A DNA stretch of 41,899 nucleotides from Nitrospina sp. (GCA_018664975.1 JABIXH010000296.1:1-41899), one strand, 5' to 3'; counted from the stretch's first letter, positions 1 through 10,300 are shown. The notes: a model not told the origin generated them from the sequence alone. Program-made: numbers and translations.

Positions 1-999
1 CCCGAATTATCATCTTTTGGCAGAAAAATGATTGCTGAATTAGAGTTTGGTGATTCACATATTTCCCATACCTGGGAGGCTTGGGCCCGAACAAAACTGA
101 AAAAGCCAGATAGTTTTCGAACAGAACGGGTGCTGGATAAGATGCCCAATTTTCACCTGGCAGAGGATGAAATTGAGGCCTTGGTGGTACTTCTAAAAGG
201 ATTTAATGGAACCAAAGTCCCCGAAAAATATCGCAAGATTCTTTCTGAAAAAGAACAAGTAATTGAAACGGGTCGTCGTTTGATCACTAAGTACAATTGT
301 CGGGCTTGTCATAATGTTGAGGGGGAAGGTGGAAGAATTCAGAAATATCTTAAAGCGAAAGCACAGTACCCGCCTCCATTAGAAATGGGTGACTATCATG
401 TAGGGGAGCGTCTAAAAAGCTCATGGTTGTTCTCTTTCTTGAAAGAACCAACCCCTGTCAGGACCTGGATCAAGGTAAAGATGCCTACTTTCTTTTTTTC
501 CGATAAGGAAATTCGCGAATTGACAGCCTACTTTGAGGCATTTTCTCCGGGTAATACATATGAATTAGGTGTCCATAAAGATAAAGAGAGTACTGTGGCG
601 CAAAAAGGCGCTGAAATGGTCAATTATATGGATTGTGGCCGTTGCCATGATGATGGGCAAAAAGGAATTGAATTTTCATTAGCCAGCAAAAGACTGCGTG
701 AGGATTGGATTCCAAAATGGCTTAAAGATACACGAGGCATGATCCCCTGGACGCCAATGCCCTCTCATTGGGTTAAGAAAGGTGATAAACTTACTGTACC
801 GACTAAATACAGTGAGATTAAGACGGTGGGTGATATTGATACCCAAATAAATACTTTGAAAGACTTGATTGTAGCCTATAATACCGCTGAACTGGACTTT
901 GATGCGAGCCTGGGTGAAGGTGGCGGTGAAGACGAGAGTGGCGAGGAGGATGGTGGTGACGAAGAGGGGGGAGATGATGAGGAAGAAGATGACGAATAG
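1..999 (+). CDS. c-type cytochrome, two heme-binding sites, poly-acidic C-terminal tail; probably 5'-truncated by the window edge
   Basis: Two CXXCH motifs (CRACH, CGRCH). The reading frame is open from nt 1 to the listed ATG at 28 (no stop upstream), so the gene may begin outside the window. The tail is GEGGGEDESGEEDGGDEEGGDDEEEDDE. Confidence 0.6.
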   Translation, partial: PELSSFGRKMIAELEFGDSHISHTWEAWARTKLKKPDSFRTERVLDKMPNFHLAEDEIEALVVLLKGFNGTKVPEKYRKILSEKEQVIETGRRLITKYNCRACHNVEGEGGRIQKYLKAKAQYPPPLEMGDYHVGERLKSSWLFSFLKEPTPVRTWIKVKMPTFFFSDKEIRELTAYFEAFSPGNTYELGVHKDKESTVAQKGAEMVNYMDCGRCHDDGQKGIEFSLASKRLREDWIPKWLKDTRGMIPWTPMPSHWVKKGDKLTVPTKYSEIKTVGDIDTQINTLKDLIVAYNTAELDFDASLGEGGGEDESGEEDGGDEEGGDDEEEDDE

Positions 1000-1053
1000 A
1001 CATTCACTGCCCCAAAGAATTATTAATCTTCAACAATAACTTGAGAGTTTAAA

Positions 1054-1236
1054 ATGGAAAACTCAGGACTCGAAAACTTTCTTTTGATTGCTACCAAACC
1101 GGATAATATTCCCATTGGAACTATGTTGATCTTTGTGGGATGGGTATTCTGGGTTGCGGTGAAGCAAATGATTGCAAACGACAAATGGATTAAGCAGGGT
1201 AAAAAAGAAAAAATTTGGGATGAAATGATAAAGTAA
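1054..1236 (+). CDS. small (60 aa) single-pass membrane protein, unknown function
   Basis: One hydrophobic helix (IPIGTMLIFVGWVFWVAV) followed by a basic tail. Its TAA stop abuts the GTG start of the next ORF at 1237, consistent with translational coupling. Confidence 0.4.
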   Translation: MENSGLENFLLIATKPDNIPIGTMLIFVGWVFWVAVKQMIANDKWIKQGKKEKIWDEMIK

Positions 1237-1752
1237 GTGGCTATTTTTGTTATTTCCTTTGGCGCATTTATTATTGGCATCATCCTTATTATTTCTTTGA
1301 AAAAAATGTCTCCTCCTGCTCCTCAGGAGCAAATTCACTTCGATAAACCTTCCGATGTACCCATCTATCTATCTGATAGAGAAGCCTTTAAATCAAAATG
1401 TGTTGAGTTTCTGGAAAAATTCCACCTTGAGTACGTTCATTCTGTATGGGCGGACGACCATGAATTGGAAATCGCCCTGAATGATGTGACCCCTGTTGTC
1501 GGTGGCTCTTACCTGGCACTCTGTATTATTGATCCGCCGGGAAAAACGGTCAATGCTATAAAGGTTAGGGGGTTTCTGGATACTGTGAAGGGGGAGGGTG
1601 CATCTCGCGGAATTTTAATCACTACAGGCTATTTTTCCAATGAAGCGATTAATTCAATTGAAGATGAGCCTGTTGAATTGGTAAATGTGGTTTCTTTTAT
1701 TTCTTATCTCAAAAAATTTGACCTTTATGAAGACTCCCCCAACCCGTCCTGA
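1237..1752 (+). CDS. membrane-anchored protein with a restriction-endonuclease-like (Mrr_cat-like) C-terminal domain
   Basis: GTG start and an N-terminal TM helix (AIFVISFGAFIIGIILIISL). The C-terminal stretch GASRGILITTGYFSNEAINSIEDEPVELVN resembles the conserved Mrr_cat end motif. I could not see the canonical D...(E/Q)xK catalytic triad. Confidence 0.45.
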   Translation: MAIFVISFGAFIIGIILIISLKKMSPPAPQEQIHFDKPSDVPIYLSDREAFKSKCVEFLEKFHLEYVHSVWADDHELEIALNDVTPVVGGSYLALCIIDPPGKTVNAIKVRGFLDTVKGEGASRGILITTGYFSNEAINSIEDEPVELVNVVSFISYLKKFDLYEDSPNPS

Positions 1753-1786
1753 ATCTTAAAATTCAAACAGCCAAATTTTTATGGCA

Positions 1787-1921
1787 TCATTCGTGGTTAA
1801 CTTTCTCTAACACCTCAAGGATTCCATCCATGTTATAGGTCTCCAGAATACCCTGTAGATACTTAGCCATATCTGTGCCATCCTCGCCAACTCGTTTCAG
1901 GTTTTCTATATATTTTTCCAC
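1787..1921 (-). CDS. possible 44-aa acidic helical mini-protein (below the ORF-track cutoff)
   Basis: Hand translation of the minus strand gives VEKYIENLKRVGEDGTDMAKYLQGILETYNMDGILEVLEKVNHE*. It has a GTG start preceded by AGGAG with a 5-nt spacer. It lies in the otherwise empty 320-bp gap before metF. Confidence 0.2.
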   Translation of the reverse strand: MEKYIENLKRVGEDGTDMAKYLQGILETYNMDGILEVLEKVNHE

Positions 1922-2075
1922 CTCTTCTCCTGGGCATAAGCATATCCATAAAAGTAATATCTAAATCATTTTAAAGGATTGCAAGGGGGGTCTCATGCAG
2001 GAAAGTTTTATAGGGTGAAGAACTAAGGCTTTTCATTGGTTTATTTAGGCTCTGGGCCTGTGTTATTATCGAGGA

Positions 2076-2945
2076 ATGAAAATCAGCGAAAAACTAAATT
2101 GTTCCACCCCCGTTTTCTCTTTTGAATTTTTTCCTCCAAAAGATTCCGATGGTTTTGCGACATTATTCGAAACCATTGCCCGATTGAAGGCTTCTGCTCC
2201 AGCTTTCGTTTCTGTGACTTACGGGGCCGGTGGTAGCACACGTGAAAAAACGGTGAATCTGGTAGGAAACATTAAAAATAAGATAGGTATAGAAAGTATG
2301 GCCCACCTTACATGTGTGGGGCATGACCAGCAGGAAATTCGTTCTGTGCTCGAAAGTTTGCAGGAGCAAAATATTGAAAATATTCTTGCACTTAGGGGCG
2401 ACCCCCCTCAAGGAGAAGAAAAATTTATAAAGACGGAAGGTGGCTTTGAATATGCTGATGAACTTGTAACCTTTATTAAAAATAATTTTTCTTTTTGTAT
2501 TGGTGCGGCTTGTTACCCGGAAGGACATGTTGAATGCAAGGATCTTGAACGAGATATCGAAAACTTGCAACGAAAAGTTGATAGTGGGGTAGATTTCCTC
2601 ATTACCCAGTTATTTTTTGACAACAGGTACTATTTTGATTTTCTGGAAAGGGCGCAAAAGAAAAATATTAATATTCCGGTTATTCCGGGAATCATGCCCA
2701 TTTTAAATCTCAAACAGATCCAGAGGTTTACCAAAATGTGCGGAACCCATCTTTCTGAGCATTTAATGTCCAAATTTGAAGGCGTTCAGGACGATAATGA
2801 GAAAGTTAGGCAGATTGGTATTGAACATGCTATTTCCCAATGCAAGGAATTGTTAGAGAGCAAGGCTCCTGGTATTCACTTTTATACTCTAAATCGATCC
2901 AAGGCAACTTTGTCCATATTAGAGGAACTTAAAGAATTCGCGTGA
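2076..2945 (+). CDS. metF: 5,10-methylenetetrahydrofolate reductase
   Basis: Typical MetF motifs (FSFEFFPPK, SVTYGAGGSTR, LRGDPP, ITQLFFD) and a length of 289 aa. Confidence 0.9.
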   Translation: MKISEKLNCSTPVFSFEFFPPKDSDGFATLFETIARLKASAPAFVSVTYGAGGSTREKTVNLVGNIKNKIGIESMAHLTCVGHDQQEIRSVLESLQEQNIENILALRGDPPQGEEKFIKTEGGFEYADELVTFIKNNFSFCIGAACYPEGHVECKDLERDIENLQRKVDSGVDFLITQLFFDNRYYFDFLERAQKKNINIPVIPGIMPILNLKQIQRFTKMCGTHLSEHLMSKFEGVQDDNEKVRQIGIEHAISQCKELLESKAPGIHFYTLNRSKATLSILEELKEFA

Positions 2946-3721
2946 GTTTTCCGGTAACTTCTTATAAGTCGATGGTTCTGATTTTCCTGTGCGTGTCGCT
3001 ATATTTTGCGGTGCCTGCGTTGACTCAGGAATTAGAGACCATGGTTACGGATGATATGGTCTTGATCCAGGGGGGAACTTTCAAAAGAGGCTGTGATCGC
3101 TTTGGACCTCAACATGGAGCTCCGGAACAGAAGATCCATTTGGATGATTTTTGGATTGATAAATATGAGGTCACTAATAAGAAATTTGAAAATATTTTTC
3201 CGGAACATTTTTTGCGGCGTAGTATTTTTTCGGATTGTGACAATTGCCCGGTTTCAAAAATCAGTTGGTATGAAGCGGCAGATTATTGTCACTTGATTGG
3301 TAAATCACTTCCCAGTGAAGCGCAGTGGGAAAAAGCGGCAGGAAGTGGAAAAGGTTGTGAGTTTCCATGGGGCAAAGGATTCGATCTGGTGAACCCACCT
3401 GCCAGAGGTGGCTTGAAGCTAAACGATAAAGCCTCTCCTGTGGGCGCATTTCCGCCAAACCAGAATGGACTTTATGATACGGCCGGAAATATGTGGGAAT
3501 GGGTTAGCGATTGGTTTTCAATCAGGTTTTATTACGCCGATATACTGCATAATCCCAGAGGCCCCATGAAAGGCCTAATGAAAGTTAGAAGAGGGGGGTC
3601 CTGGTCAGACTCTGTCATAGCTATGAATTCGGGTTATCGGGACTGGAGCTATCCGTTATCTAGAGGATTTAATGATATTGGATTCCGTTGCGCTATTAAC
3701 TTGAAAACTCTAGGGGAATAA
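2942..3721 (+). CDS. secreted FGE-sulfatase (SUMF1/EgtB/PvdO) domain protein lacking the FGE catalytic Cys pair
   Basis: N-terminal signal-like helix, then family motifs (FWIDKYEVTN, WEWVSDW, RGGSW, GFRCA). The GTG start overlaps the metF stop (GTGA). Confidence 0.85.
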   Translation: MSFPVTSYKSMVLIFLCVSLYFAVPALTQELETMVTDDMVLIQGGTFKRGCDRFGPQHGAPEQKIHLDDFWIDKYEVTNKKFENIFPEHFLRRSIFSDCDNCPVSKISWYEAADYCHLIGKSLPSEAQWEKAAGSGKGCEFPWGKGFDLVNPPARGGLKLNDKASPVGAFPPNQNGLYDTAGNMWEWVSDWFSIRFYYADILHNPRGPMKGLMKVRRGGSWSDSVIAMNSGYRDWSYPLSRGFNDIGFRCAINLKTLGE

Positions 3722-3723
3722 TT

Positions 3724-4452
3724 TTGATCACCCAGGTTAAGTTGGATTATATCAATCGAGTCATTGATGAATGCCTGGACGGTGAGGCATTGGAGTTGAA
3801 AGGTAAATTTCTCGGGGATGAAGGGGTGGAGGCTCTGGTTCAAACCAATCGTATTCTTGATGTCGAAAATCTGGATCTGTCGCGTAATAAACTGACCTGG
3901 CGCGGAGCGCACCATTTGTTTCACTGCCACTTGTTTAAAAATCTAAAACGATTGTATCTGGGCGAAAATAATATTTCTGACAAGGGTGTAAAGGAACTAC
4001 CCTCTGCTAATTTTGCAGAAAACCTCTCCCTCCTGGACCTACGCTATAATAATATTGGTCCTGCCGGTGGGTTGGCAGTGGTTCAATCTGAGAAATTTAG
4101 AAAGCTTCAGGTTTTGATTTTTCAGGAAAATCCTGTGGGGGATGAAACTCTGATAGAACTGGCAAAAGCTCCTACCTTTGCTAACTTGAGAAAGCTGAAT
4201 TTCTACAGAACGGATATAACCCCGAAAGGCATTAAGGTTCTAGCCAAATCCAAAGTGTTGCAAAGGGTTAAACAACTGAACATTGCTAGAAATTATCTTC
4301 ATTTGGAATCTGCCCGACTCTTGGGGAATACCAAGACACTGACCAATATTGAAACCTTGCTCATGTATGACACAGGAATAGGTGATGCCGGGGTCAAGGC
4401 CATCATGGACTCAGAGTCATTTTCTAAACTTAAAACCCTAAGAGTAACCTGA
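3724..4452 (+). CDS. leucine-rich repeat protein, ribonuclease-inhibitor (RNI)-type repeats
   Basis: About 28-aa repeats of the form LxxLxLxxNxIGxxGxxxLa. TTG start 2 nt after the upstream stop. No signal peptide seen. Confidence 0.8.
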   Translation: MITQVKLDYINRVIDECLDGEALELKGKFLGDEGVEALVQTNRILDVENLDLSRNKLTWRGAHHLFHCHLFKNLKRLYLGENNISDKGVKELPSANFAENLSLLDLRYNNIGPAGGLAVVQSEKFRKLQVLIFQENPVGDETLIELAKAPTFANLRKLNFYRTDITPKGIKVLAKSKVLQRVKQLNIARNYLHLESARLLGNTKTLTNIETLLMYDTGIGDAGVKAIMDSESFSKLKTLRVT

Positions 4453-4483
4453 TCCACTTTCCTCCTCTTAGCACCTAGGTTAT

Positions 4484-6382
4484 ATGGAGAGTAAACTAAA
4501 TAAGTCCTCCTGGTATTTTGGCGCTGGATTTCTTGCGTTCCTCACGTTTACCGCCTATTTTCCCACATTTCAAAATTTTTATATTTGGGATGACGATCTC
4601 TATTTAACGCAAAATCCATACTTAAACGATTTTGAAGGTTTGAAGCGTTTGTGGTTGGATATGAATGCCAGGCTCCAATACTATCCAATGGTGTTTACCA
4701 GTTTTTGGGTTGAACACAAAATTTGGGGGCTAGACCCGATCGGTTACCATATTGACAATACTTTGATCCATTGTATGAATGTCATTTTGCTTTGGCGAAT
4801 TCTGGTTTTTTTGGATATTAGAGGAAGTTGGTTGGGAGCGGCAATATTTGCTATTCATCCTGTTCAGGTTGAATCGGTAGCATGGATTACGGAAAGAAAA
4901 AATTTGCTTTCCGGTTTCTTTCTTTTCCTTTCCCTTTATTCATTTTTACAGTTCTATAAACCTCATCTTTCATCGGAATCAAATATAAGAAATACTAAAA
5001 ACTGGCCTATCTATGGATTGTCACTATTGTTATTTCTTTGCGCGCTATGGAGTAAAACTGTAACTTGCACATTGCCTGCCGTTATTCTCCTGATATTTTG
5101 GTGGAAAGAAAACCGTATTTGTAAGGAAGTAATTTTTCTGACTATTCCCTATTTTATTATTGGATTATGTTTTGGTTTGTTAACCGCCTGGTTGGAAAAA
5201 TATAACGCAGGTGCGTTAGGGCCAGAATGGGAATTTTCATTTTTGGATAGGTTTCTTATTGCGGGCAGGGCGTTATGGTTTTATATGGGTAAGTTGTTTT
5301 TTCCCTCGCCCCTTATTTTTATTTATCCTCGTTGGATCATTGATGATTCAATTTGGTGGCAATATATTTATCCTTTGGCCTTTTTAGCACTGATTTATAT
5401 TTTGTGGTTGTTGAGAAATATAATAGGGCGAGGAACTCTAGCAGGAATTTTATTGTTTTCCGGCACACTTTTTCCTGCATTGGGATTTTTTAATGTTTAT
5501 CCCATGCTGTTTTCTTTTGTCGCAGATCATTTCCAATACCTTGCTTGTATTGGAGTCATTGTACTTTTCTCAAATGGTCTGATTAGAGTGTTGGACCGGT
5601 TGCAACCTTTTTTGCACTGGGCAACTGTAATAAGCCTTTTATTGGTATTGGGGAGTTTGACTTGGTTTCAAAGCCATATATACAAAAATGCCTTTTCGTT
5701 GTGGACGGATACGATTAACAAGAATCCGGGTGCTTGGTTGGCGCATAATAATTTAGGGGTGGAGTATGAAAAAATGGGAAGGTTGAGCCTGGCCATCCAC
5801 TCCTTTGAGTCTTCCTTGCAGTACAAATCTGATTTTCATTTGGCACATTATAACCTAGGTAATATTTATAAAAAACTAGGCCAATATGAAGATTCTGTGA
5901 GTCCTTATAAAAATGCGTTAAAGATAAACCCCAAATATTATCAAGCACATTTTAATCTAGGTTATTCCTATCAGTCCTTGGGGAAGTTAGAGGATTCAAT
6001 AGAATCATATGAAAAGGCGTTAAAGATTAACCCGCAATTTTTTAAGGCCCAATTTAACCTTGGTAATGCTTATCGAGATTTAGGGCGGTTAGAGGAGTCG
6101 GTAAAATCTTACGAAAGGGCGTTAATCACTATCCCTGGTCATTTAACGAGCTTGGTCAATATGGGAAAGGTATTAAGTCAATTAAATAAAAATCAACTGG
6201 CTATTAACGCTATAAGTAGGGCAATAGAATTGAATCCTGACAATATAAGCGCTCACTACAATTTGGCGGTTATATATATTAAATCTGGAGAATTAGAAAA
6301 AGCCAGGGTGGAATTTGAAAGTGTCTTGCGGCTAGATCCTGACAATCTGGAAACTCAGAATGCACTTAATAAGATGAATTAA
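4484..6382 (+). CDS. polytopic membrane protein with C-terminal TPR array, TMTC/PMT_2-like (GT-C fold glycosyltransferase-like)
   Basis: About 400 aa of multiple TM helices with an acidic first-loop motif (YIWDDDLY). A DUF1736-like stretch follows (HPVQVESVAWITERKNLLS), then about six 34-aa TPR repeats (AHYNLGNIYKKLGQYEDS...). Confidence 0.7.
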   Translation: MESKLNKSSWYFGAGFLAFLTFTAYFPTFQNFYIWDDDLYLTQNPYLNDFEGLKRLWLDMNARLQYYPMVFTSFWVEHKIWGLDPIGYHIDNTLIHCMNVILLWRILVFLDIRGSWLGAAIFAIHPVQVESVAWITERKNLLSGFFLFLSLYSFLQFYKPHLSSESNIRNTKNWPIYGLSLLLFLCALWSKTVTCTLPAVILLIFWWKENRICKEVIFLTIPYFIIGLCFGLLTAWLEKYNAGALGPEWEFSFLDRFLIAGRALWFYMGKLFFPSPLIFIYPRWIIDDSIWWQYIYPLAFLALIYILWLLRNIIGRGTLAGILLFSGTLFPALGFFNVYPMLFSFVADHFQYLACIGVIVLFSNGLIRVLDRLQPFLHWATVISLLLVLGSLTWFQSHIYKNAFSLWTDTINKNPGAWLAHNNLGVEYEKMGRLSLAIHSFESSLQYKSDFHLAHYNLGNIYKKLGQYEDSVSPYKNALKINPKYYQAHFNLGYSYQSLGKLEDSIESYEKALKINPQFFKAQFNLGNAYRDLGRLEESVKSYERALITIPGHLTSLVNMGKVLSQLNKNQLAINAISRAIELNPDNISAHYNLAVIYIKSGELEKARVEFESVLRLDPDNLETQNALNKMN

Positions 6383-6416
6383 GTGATATCTTCTTTAGGT
6401 TGAAGGGAGTTCTTGT

Positions 6417-7103
6417 TCAAGCATGCCGATCATTCAGCCAGGGTTCCGCCGTATTGGAATAACCTCTTTTTTCCCAAAATCCGAGTTCATCTCGATCACG
6501 AAATATAATTTCGCCGATCCATTTAGCTCCCTTCCAGGCGTAAAGTTGTGGGGTGATCATCCTTACCGGTCCACCATGCTCAAGGGGTAAGGGGTTATTT
6601 TCCCATTGATGAACCAGCAATACATCATATTTCATGGCTTCTTCCAGTGGCAAATTCGTGGAATACCCATCCCAGGCCTTGATATAGACAAACTTGGCAC
6701 TTGGGAGTATTTCGCAATATTCAGCGATATCGGAAAACTTCACTCCTTTCCAATTGTTATTCAACCTGCTCCAGGTGGTGACGCAATGAAAATCGGAAAT
6801 GTCATTGGTTTGGGGTAACTGAAGGAACTCTTCCCAATTGAAGGTTTTAACAGTTTTTACCAAACCAGAAATGGTTAGATTCCATGTGTGTTCATCTAAT
6901 TCAGGGGTGACCCCCAAATCCAGCACCGGCCAGTTTTCTACTATCCTTTGCCCGGGAGGGATGGTCGGATTGCCATCCCGATTTAATTCCCCTTCGCCTT
7001 GAGGAATTTCACCTTTTAGGGCCTGCTTTTCCTGAAAAGTCTTGCGATATTCGATCAGCCGTTCTCGGCCTTTTATTCTTTTTGAGTTTGGGTCGTATAA
7101 CAT
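6417..7103 (-). CDS. small molybdopterin-dependent oxidoreductase (sulfite-oxidase-like, YuiH/MsrP-type Mo domain)
   Basis: FHCVTTWS motif (Mo-ligand Cys) plus HGGPVRMITPQLYAWKGAKW. 228 aa with no obvious signal peptide. Confidence 0.8.
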   Translation of the reverse strand: MLYDPNSKRIKGRERLIEYRKTFQEKQALKGEIPQGEGELNRDGNPTIPPGQRIVENWPVLDLGVTPELDEHTWNLTISGLVKTVKTFNWEEFLQLPQTNDISDFHCVTTWSRLNNNWKGVKFSDIAEYCEILPSAKFVYIKAWDGYSTNLPLEEAMKYDVLLVHQWENNPLPLEHGGPVRMITPQLYAWKGAKWIGEIIFRDRDELGFWEKRGYSNTAEPWLNDRHA

Positions 7104-7379
7104 AAATTCTGGGGAAATATGTGTAAAGTTAAAAATAAAACAATATATTTATCTTGAGATTCCGGGAATGGGTGACTGTTTGCTTTGAGAAACTCAATAA
7201 TTAGATGATGTTTCAGCCCTTTGGTTACAGATTTATTTGAGAAGGTTTTGCAGGAGAAATTCTATTTATTCCGGCATTTTAGCTCCCATCCAAAGCACTA
7301 AATAATAAAGGTTAAGTCCTATTTCAGTTTCACCGAAAAAGTAAAAGACAGCCTATTTTTTACCGGAGCCTCCTGATCC

Positions 7380-10300
7380 ATGAAATTTAAAATTCTTTCC
7401 TTTAATTGGCACGAACCTTATCTTTGTTTACTCGCAAGACTTGGTTATGAATTCCAAATTATAGAACCTGAAGTTGCTCCCGGTCATTACAGGCGATGGG
7501 ATAAAAATATGCGCCCGGTTCCAGAAAACGTGCGCTTGATTTCAATGGCAACTGCTCAGGAAATGCTGGAACTCGGCGAATTTGATCTCATTATCGCACA
7601 CAATATAAAAGATTTGATAGCCGTTAAGGATTACTCTCTGCCTAAAATTATCGTGTTTCACAACTGTTTAACAACAGAAATTGAACTGGGTAAAGCCAAG
7701 GTTTGTCGGAAAGAGTATTTGGAAAAAATCGATTTTCTTCTGGAGGGCGTACAAAAAGTATTTATCTCGGAGAAAAAGCGCCAAGACTGGGGGGCAAGCG
7801 GAGAAGTAATTTTACCTGGTCTTGATATCTCAGATTATGGTGGCTATAGAGGCGAGAGCGAGAGGGTTTTGCAGGTGGGGAATATGTTGCAAGAACGCGA
7901 TTTGATGATGGGCTATTCAGTCAGTAAAAGAATCATTGGAACCCACCCCTTAACGACTCTTGGTTTAAACCCAAGTATTCCAGGCTCGAGGCTGTCAGAG
8001 GGATTTCAGGACCTGATAGAAAATTTCAGGAGTTCCAGAGTTTTTATTAATACTACCGTTGAAGAGTTTGAGGATGGATACAATTTAAGTATGCTTGAGG
8101 CTATGGCCACTGGAATGCCAGTGATCAGTTCAGCGAATAAATCCTCTCCCATAATAGATGGAAAGAACGGTTATATTTCTAATGACATAAAATATTTAAA
8201 CCAGCGAATTGATTTTCTGTTAAGGAACCCAGATGAAGCCAGAAAGCTGGGGGAAAAAGCAAAAGAAACTGTGAAGGAGAAATTTCCATTAACACGATTT
8301 CTCCAGTCATGGCGCAGGGTGATTGAAAAATCAGCCTTAGACTATTTAGAACGAACGGTGATCAATTTAAAAAATACCAACCAACCTTTTAAGGAAAAAA
8401 TCCGAAAAAATATTTTAATGGATTTTGTGTCCTATCCTGCGACCACCGCCTATTTTCTGGAAAGAGCCTTCAGGCAAAAGCACAATGTAATAACTTGCGG
8501 GTCTCAAATAAACGATCAAATTATTAAACTATGGAATCTTGAAGACCTTAATTGGGAAATCACTCCACAGGATTTATACAGAGGAAACACGACTCCTTTA
8601 CAAAAGGTTATGGAAGAATTGCCAGAAGGGTGGCAACCGGATTTCTACCTTTGGATTGAAACGGGATTGAGTGATATCCCATCAGATCTAGGCAGTTTCG
8701 ATCTGCCGAAGGTTTGCTATCTCATAGATACTCATATCCACTATGAGCGACACCTTGAAATTGCCGAAAATTTTGATTTTGTTTTTTTGGCGCAGAAGGC
8801 GTACGTGCCGCAAATGGTAAGGGCAGGCATTAAGAATGTCATGTGGTTGCCCTTGGCATGTGATCCCGAAATTCATGCCAAGGTTGAGGTTGAAAAAGAA
8901 TTTGATGTGGGCTTTGTCGGTTCAATTTCTTTAACACCAGACCGCCGACGAAATCTTTTGGAGAGACTACAGAAACAGTTTGACCTGAAACCTCAACGAA
9001 AATTCATGAATGAAATGGCGGAGCATTATAGTAAGTCACATATCATTTTTAATAACGCCATTAATAACGATCTTAATATGCGGGTATTCGAGGCTTTATG
9101 TAGCGGCAGTCTGCTGGTTACCGATTCAGCACCAGGAAGTGGTCTGGATGAATTATTTTTGGATAAGAAACATTTAGTGATTTACCAGGATGAGAATCTT
9201 GAAGAAGTGGTTTCTTATTATTTGCAAAATAAAGAACACCGGGAGCGCATCTCAATCGAGGGTAGAAAGGAAGTTTTGGCTCGGCACACTTATGGGCACC
9301 GCACCGATGCCATAATAAAATTTTTAAACGAAAATATCACTGGTGTTGAAAAAGAAAAACCGGCCTCGATGGAGGAAAAACCCATTTCCTATTATGAGAA
9401 TATCAGAAACGATTTGATTCCTCTTGTTCCCAGCGATGCCAATTGTATTTTAGAAATTGGCTGTGGGTCAGGAAGGACTGGTCTGGAACTCAAAAAACAA
9501 TATGGAGCTTTTGTCGCAGGAGTTGAATTGAACCCCGTTGCCGCAAATCTTGCCAATGAGGTATTGGATGATGTGGTTCAGGGAAATATTGAATCCATCG
9601 ACCTGCCTTATGGTTCTGGATCCTTTGACTGCATAATGTTTGCGGACGTTCTAGAGCATTTGGTAGATCCTCTTTCTGTTTTGATGAAAGTACGTCCTTT
9701 ATTGAAATATGGAGGGACTGTGGTAACCAGCATTCCCAATGTCCAATTCCATGGAGTCATTCATCAATTGGTGGAAGGGAATTGGACCTATGAAAAAGAA
9801 GGAATTCTTGATGAAACTCATCTCCGTTTTTTTACCTATAAAGAAATTGGAAAAATGTTTGTTAAAGCGGGTTACTCCATTCAGCATATTGAGGAGGTAA
9901 TAGATCCTCAATATGAACAATTTTCTTTAAGTAATACCAACGTCCTCAATTTTGGCAGGACGCAAATAAAAGATTTATCTCCAGAGGAATTTAAGCAGTT
10001 TTTTGTTTTCCAATATTTATTAAGAGCAAAACCAACTAACGTTAATGAGAATGAGGTAAATGATATGTTTCAAAAGGAAGAAACATTGTTTGAAATTGAC
10101 AACATTTTATTAGACGCGTCCAAGGCCTCTGAAGCAGGGGAGCATGAAACTGCATTAAAACTTTATACGGAAGTTATAAAACTATCTTCTGACAATGTTC
10201 AGGCATTGCTTGGAATGGGTAATACCAATATGAAACTTCAACTTCCTGATAAAGCGGAGGCCTTTTTTGAATTAGCTTGTTTAAAAGATCCCAATAACTC

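Noticed and set aside
818-1338. Minus-strand ORFs 818-1003, 1023-1283 and 1063-1338.
   Set aside because: The first is the H/P/R-rich antisense of the acidic tail of the cytochrome gene. The others overlap each other and the coupled plus-strand membrane-protein pair, and have no recognisable features.
1981-2075. Possible SAM/SAH-type riboswitch or other leader in front of metF.
   Set aside because: I could not match the sequence to the SAM-I, SAM-II or SAH consensus elements I know. No convincing conserved stems are visible. A covariance-model scan would be needed.
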